From sequence record MT446423.1: a stretch of 64,000 nucleotides of DNA; one strand, 5' to 3'. Positions 26,855 through 35,878 of the stretch are shown here, one piece after another. The notes under the pieces were generated by a model. The model worked only from the letters and a program-made list of their open reading frames with translations. It was not told the DNA's origin and made no database searches. Position numbers and translations under genes: made by a program. This DNA comes from Escherichia virus TH58. Numbering within the stretch: the first letter of the stretch is position 1; every line of letters starts with the position of its first letter.

Positions 26855-28027
26855 ATGTCTGATTTAAAATCTCGTCTGATTAAAGCTTCTACTTCTAAAA
26901 TGACTGCAGACTTGACTAAGTCTAAGTTGTTTAATAATCGTGATGAAGTCCCTACTCGTATTCCGATGTTGAATATTGCATTAGGTGGTGCACTGAATGC
27001 TGGGTTGCAATCAGGCTTAACTATTTTTGCTGCTCCTTCTAAACACTTTAAAACGTTGTTTGGACTGACCATGGTTGCAGCATATATGAAGAAATATAAA
27101 GATGCAATTTGTTTGTTCTATGATTCAGAATTTGGTGCTTCAGAATCTTATTTTCGTTCAATGGGTGTTGATTTAGACCGTGTAGTTCATACTCCTATTC
27201 AATCTGTCGAACAACTTAAAGTTGATATGACTAATCAGCTTGACGCGATTGAACGCGGTGATAAAGTTATTATCTTTATCGATTCAATCGGTAATACTGC
27301 ATCTAAGAAAGAAACTGAAGATGCATTGAACGAGAAAGTCGTAGGTGATATGTCTCGTGCTAAGGCACTTAAATCTCTTTTCCGCATTGTGACTCCTTAT
27401 CTGACTATTAAAGATATTCCGTGTGTTGCAATTAACCATACCGCAATGGAAATCGGTGGATTGTATCCTAAAGAGATTATGGGTGGTGGTACAGGTATTC
27501 TTTACTCTGCTAACACTGTATTCTTTATCTCTAAACGTCAGGTTAAAGAAGGTACAGAATTGACGGGTTATGACTTCACGTTGAAAGCAGAAAAATCTCG
27601 CACCGTTAAAGAAAAATCTACTTTCCCAATCACGGTTAATTTTGATGGCGGTATTGACCCATTCAGTGGCTTGTTAGAAATGGCAACTGAAATTGGTTTT
27701 GTAGTTAAGCCTAAAGCTGGTTGGTATGCTCGTGAATTCCTTGACGAAGAAACAGGCGAAATGATTCGTGAAGAGAAATCGTGGCGTGCTAAAGCTACTG
27801 ATTGTGTAGAATTCTGGGGACCATTGTTTAAACACAAACCTTTCCGAGATGCAATTGAAACTAAATATAAACTAGGTGCTATCTCTTCTATTAAAGAAGT
27901 TGATGATGCTGTTAACGACCTTATTAATTGCAAAGCAACAACTAAAGTTCCGGTTAAAACTTCTGATGCTCCGTCTGCAGCAGATATTGAAAACGACCTT
28001 GACGAAATGGAAGATTTCGATGAATAA
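26855..28027 (+). CDS. uvsX: recombinase UvsX (RecA-like)
   Basis: 390 aa; Walker A APSKHFKT; acidic C-terminal tail; T4 synteny. Confidence 0.95.
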   Translation: MSDLKSRLIKASTSKMTADLTKSKLFNNRDEVPTRIPMLNIALGGALNAGLQSGLTIFAAPSKHFKTLFGLTMVAAYMKKYKDAICLFYDSEFGASESYFRSMGVDLDRVVHTPIQSVEQLKVDMTNQLDAIERGDKVIIFIDSIGNTASKKETEDALNEKVVGDMSRAKALKSLFRIVTPYLTIKDIPCVAINHTAMEIGGLYPKEIMGGGTGILYSANTVFFISKRQVKEGTELTGYDFTLKAEKSRTVKEKSTFPITVNFDGGIDPFSGLLEMATEIGFVVKPKAGWYAREFLDEETGEMIREEKSWRAKATDCVEFWGPLFKHKPFRDAIETKYKLGAISSIKEVDDAVNDLINCKATTKVPVKTSDAPSAADIENDLDEMEDFDE

Positions 28028-28361
28028 TCTCGATGATTTGAATCTAGAAATCGTTGATGAATCCCCTTCTTCGGAAGGGGAAGACATTCGCAAAGAACGA
28101 GTGTTTAATGAATCTCTTAAAATTATCCGTTCAGCAATGGAAAATGTCATTCAAGAGATTCTGATTACACTTGAAGACGGTTCCCATCATATAGTCTATA
28201 TTACAAAACTAGACTGGGTTGATGGTAAAATCGTAATGGACTTTGCAGTTCTTGACCAGGACAGAAAAGCAGAACTTGCACCACATGTTGAAAAATGTGT
28301 TACAATGCAAGTACAACAAGCTTTTAATGAACGGACCAAGAAAAAATTTAAATTCTTTTAA
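28020..28361 (+). CDS. 40: head vertex assembly chaperone gp40
   Basis: ATG overlapping uvsX stop; 113 aa; position between uvsX and 41. Confidence 0.7.
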   Translation: MNNLDDLNLEIVDESPSSEGEDIRKERVFNESLKIIRSAMENVIQEILITLEDGSHHIVYITKLDWVDGKIVMDFAVLDQDRKAELAPHVEKCVTMQVQQAFNERTKKKFKFF

Positions 28362-28370
28362 GGAGTTATC

Positions 28371-29813
28371 GTGGTAGAAATTATTTTGTCTCATCTAGTA
28401 TATGACCAGGCTTATTTTTCTAAGGTCTGGCCTTATATGGATTCTGAGTATTTTGAGCGTGGACCGGCAAAAAATGTCTTTAAAATTATAAAGAGCCACG
28501 TTAACGAATATAATGCAATGCCATCTATTAATGCGTTAAAGGTGGCTTTAGATAACAGTTCTTTAACTGAAGCCGAATACAAAGGAACTTCAGACCTAAT
28601 TGAAAAATTGGCTGATACTCCTGAAGACCACGAATGGTTGGTTAAAGAAACTGAGAAATATGTCCAGCAAAAAGCGATGTATAATGCTACATCCAAAATC
28701 ATTGAGATTCAGTCTAATGCTGAACTACCTCCAGAACAACGTAACAAGAAAATGCCTGACGTAGGAGCTATTCCTGATATTATGCGTCAAGCACTTTCAA
28801 TTTCGTTTGATAGTTATGTTGGGCATGACTGGATGGAAGACTACGAAGCACGCTGGCTTTCTTATCTAAATAAAGCACGTAAGGTCCCGTTCAAATTAAA
28901 CATTCTGAATAAAATCACTAAAGGTGGTGCTGAAACCGGTACGCTGAATGTTTTAATGGCCGGTGTTAACGTTGGTAAATCTTTAGGCCTTTGTTCACTT
29001 GCTGCAGATTATCTTCAAACAGGTCATAATGTTCTTTATATTTCCATGGAAATGGCCGAAGAAGTTTGTGCTAAGCGTATAGATGCAAACATGCTTGACG
29101 TATCACTCGATGATATCGATGATGGTAACGTATCTTATGCTGAATATAAAGCTAAGATGGAAAAATGGCGTTCAAAATCCACATTAGGACGTTTAGTAGT
29201 TAAACAGTATCCTACTGGCGGAGCTAATGCTAATACATTCCGTGCGTTGCTTAATGAATTGAAACTCAAGAAGAACTTTGTGCCATCTGTAATCATGGTT
29301 GATTACTTAGGTATTTGTGGGTCTTGTCGTATCAGAGTTTACACTGAAAATAGCTACACATTAGTTAAAGCTATCGCAGAAGAACTTCGTGCATTAGCAG
29401 TAGAATCTGAAACAGTTCTATGGACTGCAGCTCAAGTAGGACGTGCAGCATGGGATGCTTCAGACATGAACATGAGCGATATTGCAGAATCAGCAGGTTT
29501 ACCAGCAACTGCAGATTTCATGTTGGCCGTAATTGAAACCGAAGAACTTGCACAAGCTGAACAACAACTTATCAAACAAATCAAATCACGATACGGTGAT
29601 AAGAATAAGTGGAATAAATTCCTGATGGGTGTACGCAAAGGCAACCAGAAATGGGTTGAGATTGAGCAAGAAGGCATGAACACACCTAACACAGTAAATG
29701 AAAACGCAGGTGCTCAGATGCGTCAGGCAGAGGTGAATCGTACGGAACGCGTAGGTAAAGCCAAAGCAACACGTGCTGACCTAGATAGCTTAGCCAATGA
29801 GTTAAAATTTTAA
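28371..29813 (+). CDS. 41: replicative DNA helicase gp41 (DnaB-like), GTG start
   Basis: 480 aa starting VEIILSHL; Walker A AGVNVGKSLGL; matches T4 gp41 as remembered, which also begins MVEIIL. Confidence 0.95.
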   Translation: MVEIILSHLVYDQAYFSKVWPYMDSEYFERGPAKNVFKIIKSHVNEYNAMPSINALKVALDNSSLTEAEYKGTSDLIEKLADTPEDHEWLVKETEKYVQQKAMYNATSKIIEIQSNAELPPEQRNKKMPDVGAIPDIMRQALSISFDSYVGHDWMEDYEARWLSYLNKARKVPFKLNILNKITKGGAETGTLNVLMAGVNVGKSLGLCSLAADYLQTGHNVLYISMEMAEEVCAKRIDANMLDVSLDDIDDGNVSYAEYKAKMEKWRSKSTLGRLVVKQYPTGGANANTFRALLNELKLKKNFVPSVIMVDYLGICGSCRIRVYTENSYTLVKAIAEELRALAVESETVLWTAAQVGRAAWDASDMNMSDIAESAGLPATADFMLAVIETEELAQAEQQLIKQIKSRYGDKNKWNKFLMGVRKGNQKWVEIEQEGMNTPNTVNENAGAQMRQAEVNRTERVGKAKATRADLDSLANELKF

Positions 29814-29819
29814 TAAAAA

Positions 29820-29838
29820 GGAGACTTCGGTCTCCTTT
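29820..29838 (+). terminator. putative terminator hairpin after gene 41
   Basis: GGAGAC-ttcg-GTCTCC followed by TTTCGGGGTTT. Confidence 0.4.
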
Positions 29839-29842
29839 CGGG

Positions 29843-29872
29843 GTTTACATCTTCCTCTAGGCATGGTATGAT
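29843..29872 (+). promoter_or_regulatory. early promoter (-35 GTTTAC, -10 TATGAT)
   Basis: GTTTAC, about 18-nt spacer, TATGAT. Confidence 0.5.
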
Positions 29873-29901
29873 AGACTTACACCAACCAAGAGGAGAACAA
29901 A

Positions 29902-30219
29902 ATGAAAACCATCGATTGTAAAGCAGAATTTAAGATTTTTTATCACGGTTCAAGTAGTTCAGCTAACATCGAAAACATGCTTTGCCCTCCTGAAGAAACA
30001 GGAGTTCTGTCTGAAACTGGACGTAAGAAAAACTTGGATCGTGTATTCTTTACTGAAGATATCGGTTTAGCAAAGATTTATGCAGGACGAGCAGCACGCT
30101 CTTATGGAGGTGAACCACGTCTCTATCGAGTAATTTCTCCGGTGGACGTAGTTCAAATGAATAATACTAAAGGTGCTACAGTTTATCACGCTGAATGGGC
30201 ATTTTGCGAGGAAATATGA
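29902..30219 (+). CDS. hypothetical protein (105 aa)
   Basis: Track ORF with AGAGGAGAA SD. Confidence 0.5.
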   Translation: MKTIDCKAEFKIFYHGSSSSANIENMLCPPEETGVLSETGRKKNLDRVFFTEDIGLAKIYAGRAARSYGGEPRLYRVISPVDVVQMNNTKGATVYHAEWAFCEEI

Positions 30220-30407
30220 GCAAATTAACTAAAGTTACTTTTATCGGTTGGTTTAAAAGCGGCGAGATGTTCACTAAAGATATCATGTTATCAGGTGATC
30301 GCGAAGAAATCGAGTGGGTTGCGGTACAACTTGCTGAAGTGAACAACGCATTAGTTAAAGCATTTGTTAATGACGAGAAAGTTTTTGAAGCTGATTTCAG
30401 AGGATAA
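30216..30407 (+). CDS. dmd: Dmd-like antitoxin (discriminator of mRNA degradation)
   Basis: Internal ATG (MSKLTKVTFIGWFKSGEMFTKDI..) of track ORF 30195-30407; about 63 aa; resembles T4 Dmd as remembered; position between 41 and sp. Confidence 0.6.
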   Translation: MSKLTKVTFIGWFKSGEMFTKDIMLSGDREEIEWVAVQLAEVNNALVKAFVNDEKVFEADFRG

Positions 30408-30408
30408 T

Positions 30409-30621
30409 ATGTATTCAACTGTGTTTAAACCATCAACATACGAATTTGCATCAACTACACAATGGAAAGCTCTTATTCTGGAAGGATGGGAACTAATGAT
30501 GGACTGTGAAGCATCTGAAAAGTTTCCACACGGCAAAGTGGACTTCGTTAAATTTGCTGTACGTCCGACTAAACGACAGATTCGTCAAGAAAAACGCAAA
30601 TTTCGCAAAAGTTTAAAATAA
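30409..30621 (+). CDS. small basic hypothetical protein (70 aa)
   Basis: Internal ATG of track ORF 30364-30621; basic tail FAVRPTKRQIRQEKRKFRK, shared with ORF 591-788. Confidence 0.45.
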   Translation: MYSTVFKPSTYEFASTTQWKALILEGWELMMDCEASEKFPHGKVDFVKFAVRPTKRQIRQEKRKFRKSLK

Positions 30622-30623
30622 CT

Positions 30624-30653
30624 GTTTACAAGCATCGCATACTGTGTTACTAT
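30624..30653 (+). promoter_or_regulatory. early promoter (-35 GTTTAC, -10 TACTAT)
   Basis: GTTTAC, about 18-nt spacer, TACTAT; upstream of lipoprotein gene. Confidence 0.5.
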
Positions 30654-30681
30654 CTTTCTATCAACTACAGAGGAAATTGAA

Positions 30682-31050
30682 ATGAAAAAATTAATCGCTT
30701 TAGCAATGGTATTTGGATTAACCGGATGTGGTGCCCATGGCTTTATCCCTAATAACGTTGGCCAACTGATTTACAATCCGAATGTTAAACAGTATGACCA
30801 ACCTAAAGTTGAAGTGGAAGACCCGGTTACTGTAGGTAATCGAATGATTCAAGCTGATGCTCATGCTCAACGTTATCGTGACTCTGATACTGTAGCATTG
30901 TCAAAAGAACAACGCGTTAAAGAACATTGTCTACAGGCTACTGAAATCGCATTCATTCGCTATGTTGAAACAACTGGTAAAGAGCCTACCCAGAAACAAA
31001 TCGCGAATAACTACGTCCAGTGTATTGAACGTTTAAACAAATTTAATTAA
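30682..31050 (+). CDS. lipoprotein (122 aa)
   Basis: Signal peptide with lipobox LTGC (MKKLIALAMVFGLTGCG). Confidence 0.6.
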   Translation: MKKLIALAMVFGLTGCGAHGFIPNNVGQLIYNPNVKQYDQPKVEVEDPVTVGNRMIQADAHAQRYRDSDTVALSKEQRVKEHCLQATEIAFIRYVETTGKEPTQKQIANNYVQCIERLNKFN

Positions 31051-31053
31051 TTG

Positions 31054-31083
31054 GTTTACACCAAAGTTAAAATAAGATATTAT
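31054..31083 (+). promoter_or_regulatory. early promoter (-35 GTTTAC, -10 TATTAT)
   Basis: GTTTAC, about 18-nt spacer, TATTAT. Confidence 0.5.
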
Positions 31084-31111
31084 AAACATAACAAATCAAG
31101 AGGAAATTAAC

Positions 31112-31360
31112 ATGGAATTATTCGTAGCTAGTTCAGTAGCAGTTTTAATCGCAGGTATTGGTTCAATCATCATTTACATGTTGCCTTGGGTAATCGCACT
31201 TATTCGTGGCACAAAAAGCACAACAGCAATCTTCTTTGTATCTTTACTCTTTAACTGGACGATGATTGGTTGGATTGGAACTTTAATTTGGTCTATCGTT
31301 GCCGAAAAGAAATCTGCTCAGCAGCCTCAACAAGTAATTATTATTCGCGAAAAAGAATAA
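31112..31360 (+). CDS. imm: superinfection-immunity (Imm-family) membrane protein (82 aa)
   Basis: Two TM segments with IALIRGTKSTTAIFFVSLLFNWTMIGWIGTLIW, resembling the Imm superinfection-immunity family; not at the T4 imm locus. Confidence 0.55.
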   Translation: MELFVASSVAVLIAGIGSIIIYMLPWVIALIRGTKSTTAIFFVSLLFNWTMIGWIGTLIWSIVAEKKSAQQPQQVIIIREKE

Positions 31361-31363
31361 ACT

Positions 31364-31393
31364 TGTTTACATTATAGATGGACTATGGTATAG
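31364..31393 (+). promoter_or_regulatory. early promoter (-35 GTTTAC, -10 TATAGT)
   Basis: GTTTAC, about 18-nt spacer, TATAGT then AGTCCTATC. Confidence 0.5.
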
Positions 31394-31423
31394 TAGTCCT
31401 ATCAAATCAACTAAGGAGTTAAA

Positions 31424-31717
31424 ATGAAAAAGTTATCATTGGCAGCAATCTTACTTGCAGTATCATGTGCACCAGCTCCAGTTACGGCAGGTTATGATAA
31501 AGACCTCTGTGAGTGGTCAATGACTGCAAATCAAGAAGATGTTGAACAACAAATCTTCTCTGATATCATGAACATCACTAAACGAGACCGTCCTAATATG
31601 GTTAATAAAGTTGTTGGACAACTTAAGTCTGGCGGTATCATGCAGTACAACTATGTTTTGTATTGTGACCCTAATTTCGATAACAAAGATATCGTAACCG
31701 AAATCACAGGTGAATAA
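31424..31717 (+). CDS. sp: spackle periplasmic protein Sp (superinfection exclusion / lysis inhibition)
   Basis: 97 aa with signal peptide; GYDKDLCEWSMTA..SGGIMQYNYVLYCDPNF matches T4 Sp as remembered. Confidence 0.85.
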   Translation: MKKLSLAAILLAVSCAPAPVTAGYDKDLCEWSMTANQEDVEQQIFSDIMNITKRDRPNMVNKVVGQLKSGGIMQYNYVLYCDPNFDNKDIVTEITGE

Positions 31718-31718
31718 T

Positions 31719-32369
31719 ATGATTTATTATATGCACAAAAATGCACCGTTTAAATATGGTAAATTTCCTAATGCACAATGTTATAATATAACGCCGAATG
31801 AAAATAATAACGGATATCATATTGGTGTAATTTTTGTAATTGTTAAAGATAACGAAATCGTTGCCTGGGCAGATTTTAAAGGTACAACATATGATGTTAA
31901 TCCTGTGCCTTTCACATATTACAATATAATGGATTTGGCATATGATTATAATTGGTTTACTCATGACACGTTGGATCATATTGAAGGTGTAGGATTTGAC
32001 ATCTCTTATTCTAGCTATTCATTATGTCCTATGAGCCGAGCTCACGGTAAAGATGTATCATATCTTTCAATTCGGAAACGTGTAAACTTCAAACGTAGTA
32101 CAGAGTATGTTGGTGGTCTCTTTGTTAAAGATAATAAAATAACCCGTATTAGTTATCCTTTAAGTGTAGGTCAAAAAGATGTTGATGTTGATTTAGACTT
32201 AACTGAAAGTAACATTAATCGTATTGCTTCTGTATATTTTGATATCGATGAAAAAATTGTAGTGTGTGGATACGAATTACCACCTGAAGAAAAGGCTGAA
32301 ACAATTGAAGTCGAATTAGAAATTTCTGTTGATGACCAAATATTTAATGCATTTATGAATCGAGGTTAA
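31719..32369 (+). CDS. hypothetical protein (216 aa)
   Basis: Track ORF 31710-32369, start refined to first ATG. Confidence 0.5.
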   Translation: MIYYMHKNAPFKYGKFPNAQCYNITPNENNNGYHIGVIFVIVKDNEIVAWADFKGTTYDVNPVPFTYYNIMDLAYDYNWFTHDTLDHIEGVGFDISYSSYSLCPMSRAHGKDVSYLSIRKRVNFKRSTEYVGGLFVKDNKITRISYPLSVGQKDVDVDLDLTESNINRIASVYFDIDEKIVVCGYELPPEEKAETIEVELEISVDDQIFNAFMNRG

Positions 32370-32370
32370 A

Positions 32371-32568
32371 ATGACTACTGCAATTTGCACTGGTTCTAAA
32401 ATTAGTGTTTTTACAAGTTTTGAAGATTATGAAGTTGTTTCAAAACACCAATGCCATATTAGCGTAAAAGCTAATGATGGTGTAATTTGGAATATTCCAC
32501 ACTATGAAGACACTACATATGAAGTCACAGATGCGAACGGTGATAAAGCGATCTTTGTGATTGATTAA
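32371..32568 (+). CDS. hypothetical protein (65 aa)
   Basis: Track ORF. Confidence 0.4.
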   Translation: MTTAICTGSKISVFTSFEDYEVVSKHQCHISVKANDGVIWNIPHYEDTTYEVTDANGDKAIFVID

Positions 32569-32587
32569 ATATACTCAGGAGGTACCT

Positions 32588-33055
32588 ATGGGTATTATTA
32601 ACACTGCAATAGATTCTGTTTATGCATATAAGTTTATTCGACTAATGCAAAAACCTTTTACCGAATGGAAAGCATACGAAGCCAAAATCATCGATGAACG
32701 TGGAAGTGTTCTTAAACGCCCTTCCACTCCCGAAGAGAAAGCTGCGTATACACCTTTTCATGCTTCAGTTCGTTCAATGAAGCGAATGATGAGCACTATT
32801 CCAGGTCTTAATGGAATGGCCTCAATGATGTCTGCCTGGAGTGCTGTAGCTTCACGCTATAACATTACGGAAGAACAACAGAAAGAAATATTTAAAGAAC
32901 TCCCTTTATTTGAGGATATGGTTGCTGGTGATTCAGGTGGCAGCCCTCAAGCTATTGCATCAGGAACAACTACAGGTGCAGTCGTAAATAAAGGTCCAGA
33001 AAAAATTCCTTCCAAGAAAAGAAAGCGAATTAAAGTAAATATTAATAAGTTGTGA
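32588..33055 (+). CDS. hypothetical protein (155 aa)
   Basis: Internal ATG of track ORF 32561-33055 preceded by CAGGAGGT. Confidence 0.5.
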   Translation: MGIINTAIDSVYAYKFIRLMQKPFTEWKAYEAKIIDERGSVLKRPSTPEEKAAYTPFHASVRSMKRMMSTIPGLNGMASMMSAWSAVASRYNITEEQQKEIFKELPLFEDMVAGDSGGSPQAIASGTTTGAVVNKGPEKIPSKKRKRIKVNINKL

Positions 33056-33094
33056 TATGATGGCCTTATTAATTTAAGGCCTCTGGAGAATACT

Positions 33095-34117
33095 ATGGCT
33101 GAATGGATAGATAATGAATTTGCTTATCGTGCGTTTTCTCACCTACCTCGTTTTAGACAAATCAATAATTCAAGCACATTTAAATTAACATTTCGATGCC
33201 CAGTTTGTGGCGACTCCCAGACAGATGCAATGAAAGCTCGCGGATGGTATTATGGCGGTACTCCAGGTAATGTGCATTGCTATAACTGTCAATATCATAA
33301 TACGATTTCCGGATACTTAAAAGAGTATGACGAAGAGCTTTATCGTGAATATCTAATGGAAGTTCGTAAAGAAAAAGCTAGAATGGAACCAAAGATTGAA
33401 AAGGTTCCTGAACATAAACCAGAACCGGAGAAAAAGACTATAAATTCTTTGCCGTCTTGTTCTCGTCTGGACAAGTTGCCTGAAGAGCATCCTATTGTGA
33501 AATATGTTAAGTCTCGGTGTATTCCTAAAGAATCATGGAACAGATTATGGTTCACATTAGAATGGCCTAAATTGGTCAACAAGATTCAACCAGGCACGTA
33601 TAAGAAAGAGATTCCAGAACCGCGTTTAGTGATTCCTATTTTTAATAAAGACGGGAAGGCTGAGTCATTTCAAGGACGTGCACTTCGCAAAGATGCTCCT
33701 CAGAAATATATCACTATTAAAGCGTTTGAGTCTGCAACAAAAATTTATGGTGTTGAACGTGTTAAGGAAGGAGACGTCTGGGTAATGGAAGGCCCTATTG
33801 ATAGTTTATTCATACCCAATGCAATCGCTATTACAGGCGGCTCAATAGATTTAGATGTGGTACCATTTAAAGAACGTCGGGTATGGGTGATGGATAATGA
33901 ACCTAGGCATCCGGATACTATAGCTCGTATGAAGCGATTAGTAGATGCAGGCGAACGTGTTATGTTCTGGGATAGAGCTCCATGGAGTTCAAAGGATGTG
34001 AATGATATGGTAATGAAAGAAAATGCAACACCACAAGAAATTTTAGAATATATGAAACAGAATATTTCAAGTGGGTTGCATGCTAAAATGAGATTATCTC
34101 GTTATTCGAAGATTTAA
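33095..34117 (+). CDS. 61: DNA primase gp61
   Basis: 340 aa; N-terminal zinc ribbon CPVCGDS..CYNC; WIDNEFAYRAF..NNSSTFKL start matches T4 primase as remembered. Confidence 0.92.
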   Translation: MAEWIDNEFAYRAFSHLPRFRQINNSSTFKLTFRCPVCGDSQTDAMKARGWYYGGTPGNVHCYNCQYHNTISGYLKEYDEELYREYLMEVRKEKARMEPKIEKVPEHKPEPEKKTINSLPSCSRLDKLPEEHPIVKYVKSRCIPKESWNRLWFTLEWPKLVNKIQPGTYKKEIPEPRLVIPIFNKDGKAESFQGRALRKDAPQKYITIKAFESATKIYGVERVKEGDVWVMEGPIDSLFIPNAIAITGGSIDLDVVPFKERRVWVMDNEPRHPDTIARMKRLVDAGERVMFWDRAPWSSKDVNDMVMKENATPQEILEYMKQNISSGLHAKMRLSRYSKI

Positions 34118-34311
34118 ACAAGCCCTATAATAGCAAAGGCCAAATCAACTACAGTATCCAAAGGAACAGAAGGAACCATAACACCATGGGCAACTAACAA
34201 TGGTGCAATCCCGAAGTTCCATGAAATAATGCCACCTACAACTATTGCAGCGATAGCAGTTTTCTTTTTATTGCCTTTAATAGCGTTGATTAACGATGGA
34301 AGTTTAAACAT
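34114..34311 (-). CDS. small membrane protein on the opposite strand (65 aa)
   Basis: Track ORF; AAGGAG SD 5 nt upstream of ATG on - strand; hydrophobic TM-rich sequence; convergent with gene 61. Confidence 0.5.
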   Translation of the reverse strand: MFKLPSLINAIKGNKKKTAIAAIVVGGIISWNFGIAPLLVAHGVMVPSVPLDTVVDLAFAIIGLV

Positions 34312-34401
34312 AATATCTCCTTAGTTACCTTATTATTTATTACGCTTTATAAAATTAATGTTAGAATTAACTTCTCTTATACTGAATTGAAAGGAAAAAT
34401 A

Positions 34402-34923
34402 ATGGCGCACTTTAATGAATGTTCACAACTTATTTCTGGTGTTGATAAAGCAGAAGAAGCTTATTTTAATGCTCTGATTCACGAAGATAAAGACCCACTT
34501 CAGGTAATGCTTGATATGCAGAAATCTTTACAGGTTCGTCTGGCAAATGACAAGCCTGATCATAACAAACATCCTGATGAATTGGCCACTGCCGGCGATG
34601 TTGTTGATTGGTTGCGTAATCAGAAAGATTATATTGATGATGAATTCCGTGAACTGCTGACTTCACTTGGTGGTATGTCCAACGGTGAAAAAGCCGCTAG
34701 CTCTGTATGGAAGCCATGGAAAGCACAACATGCTGAATATCGAAATCGTCGTATCGATGAACTGTCTCCTGAAGACCAGCTTGAAATTAAATTCGAGATG
34801 ATTGATATCCTCCACTTTGTTCTGAATATGTTCCAAGGTCTGGGACTTTCCGCTGAAGAAATCTTTAAACTGTATTACTTGAAGAATGCTGAAAACTTCG
34901 CTCGCCAAAACCGAGGTTACTAA
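34402..34923 (+). CDS. 56: dCTP pyrophosphatase gp56 (MazG-like)
   Basis: Start refined to MAHFNEC; 173 aa; matches T4 gp56 as remembered. Confidence 0.9.
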   Translation: MAHFNECSQLISGVDKAEEAYFNALIHEDKDPLQVMLDMQKSLQVRLANDKPDHNKHPDELATAGDVVDWLRNQKDYIDDEFRELLTSLGGMSNGEKAASSVWKPWKAQHAEYRNRRIDELSPEDQLEIKFEMIDILHFVLNMFQGLGLSAEEIFKLYYLKNAENFARQNRGY

Positions 34924-35096
34924 TGGCTCGTTTAAATAAACGACAGCTTAAGAAAGCCCACAAGAAACGTATTGACCAGCTATTTAAAAATGATAACAGT
35001 GAGCTTATTTGTAAGCTCCTGTCTAATCAGCTTCAGCATGTTAGTCAATTATCAGACCATCTACATATGGTTGATTGGGTTGCAAATGAAACTTGA
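34923..35096 (+). CDS. small basic hypothetical protein (57 aa)
   Basis: ORF below track cutoff; ATG overlaps gene 56 stop (TAATG). Confidence 0.25.
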   Translation: MARLNKRQLKKAHKKRIDQLFKNDNSELICKLLSNQLQHVSQLSDHLHMVDWVANET

Positions 35097-35310
35097 TTTT
35101 TATGCATGGCAAAAAGCCGGGAGACCGGCTAATAAAGCATTCGGCTCTGATGGATATAGTACTAGACTCCACTGGAAATTTAATACTCCGGATGATTATT
35201 CTCCGGTAATAATTAACGGTGATGTTGTTATATTAGCTAAATTCGGATATTTTATTGTCCCGAAGAAATTTATTATAAATACACCTGTAATTAAACAACA
35301 AAGGAGTTAA
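35086..35310 (+). CDS. hypothetical protein (74 aa)
   Basis: Internal ATG (MKLDFYAWQKAG) of track ORF 34972-35310; contains the soc late promoter near its 3' end. Confidence 0.35.
   Translation: MKLDFYAWQKAGRPANKAFGSDGYSTRLHWKFNTPDDYSPVIINGDVVILAKFGYFIVPKKFIINTPVIKQQRS
35274..35281 (+). promoter_or_regulatory. late promoter TATAAATA for soc
   Basis: Exact TATAAATA about 32 nt upstream of soc ATG, followed by AAGGAG SD. Confidence 0.55.
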
Positions 35311-35312
35311 TT

Positions 35313-35549
35313 ATGGGTGGTTATGTAAACATCAAAACCTTTACGCATCCTGCTGGTGAAGGTAAAGAAGTTAAAGGCATGGAAGTTTCTGTACCGTTTG
35401 AGATTTATTCAAACGAACACCGGATTGCAGATTCTCATTACCAAATCTTTCCATCAGAAAAGGCAGCATATTCTACTGTAGTTTCTGATGCAGCTGATTG
35501 GAAAACTAAGAATGCTGCAATGTTTACGCCTACACCAGTAAGTGGTTAA
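35313..35549 (+). CDS. soc: small outer capsid protein Soc
   Basis: 78 aa; YVNIKTF..HYQIFPSEKAAYSTV matches T4 Soc as remembered. Confidence 0.88.
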   Translation: MGGYVNIKTFTHPAGEGKEVKGMEVSVPFEIYSNEHRIADSHYQIFPSEKAAYSTVVSDAADWKTKNAAMFTPTPVSG

Positions 35550-35557
35550 ATAATTTA

Positions 35558-35583
35558 AGGAATCCTTCGGGATTCCTTTTTTT
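35558..35583 (+). terminator. rho-independent terminator
   Basis: AGGAATCC-ttcg-GGATTCCT followed by TTTTTT. Confidence 0.85.
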
Positions 35584-35592
35584 GTTTCTACG

Positions 35593-35622
35593 GTTTACAA
35601 CCACTAAAAACTGTGTTAAGAT
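35593..35622 (+). promoter_or_regulatory. early promoter (-35 GTTTAC, -10 TAAGAT)
   Basis: GTTTAC, 18-nt spacer, TAAGAT. Confidence 0.45.
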
Positions 35623-35650
35623 ATTCTTACTTACTCAAGAGGAGAACAAT

Positions 35651-35878
35651 ATGTTAAATCGTTGGATTAAACCTAATAACACATTAGGTGCTTTGATTGC
35701 TCAAGAAGTTTCGTTGAAATACGGCCTTGGATATTATGATGATGTAGTCGTACACTCATTCATGATGGATGGTGAAGACGTCAAATTTAATGCCGAAATT
35801 CGTTGGGATGATGGTGGTGTTCGTTTTGTTCGAGGAACAATTAATGCTTACGATGCTGAAGAAGTTGTTTGCTGTTAA
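35651..35878 (+). CDS. hypothetical protein (75 aa)
   Basis: Internal ATG of track ORF 35582-35878 with AGAGGAGAA SD. Confidence 0.45.
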   Translation: MLNRWIKPNNTLGALIAQEVSLKYGLGYYDDVVVHSFMMDGEDVKFNAEIRWDDGGVRFVRGTINAYDAEEVVCC

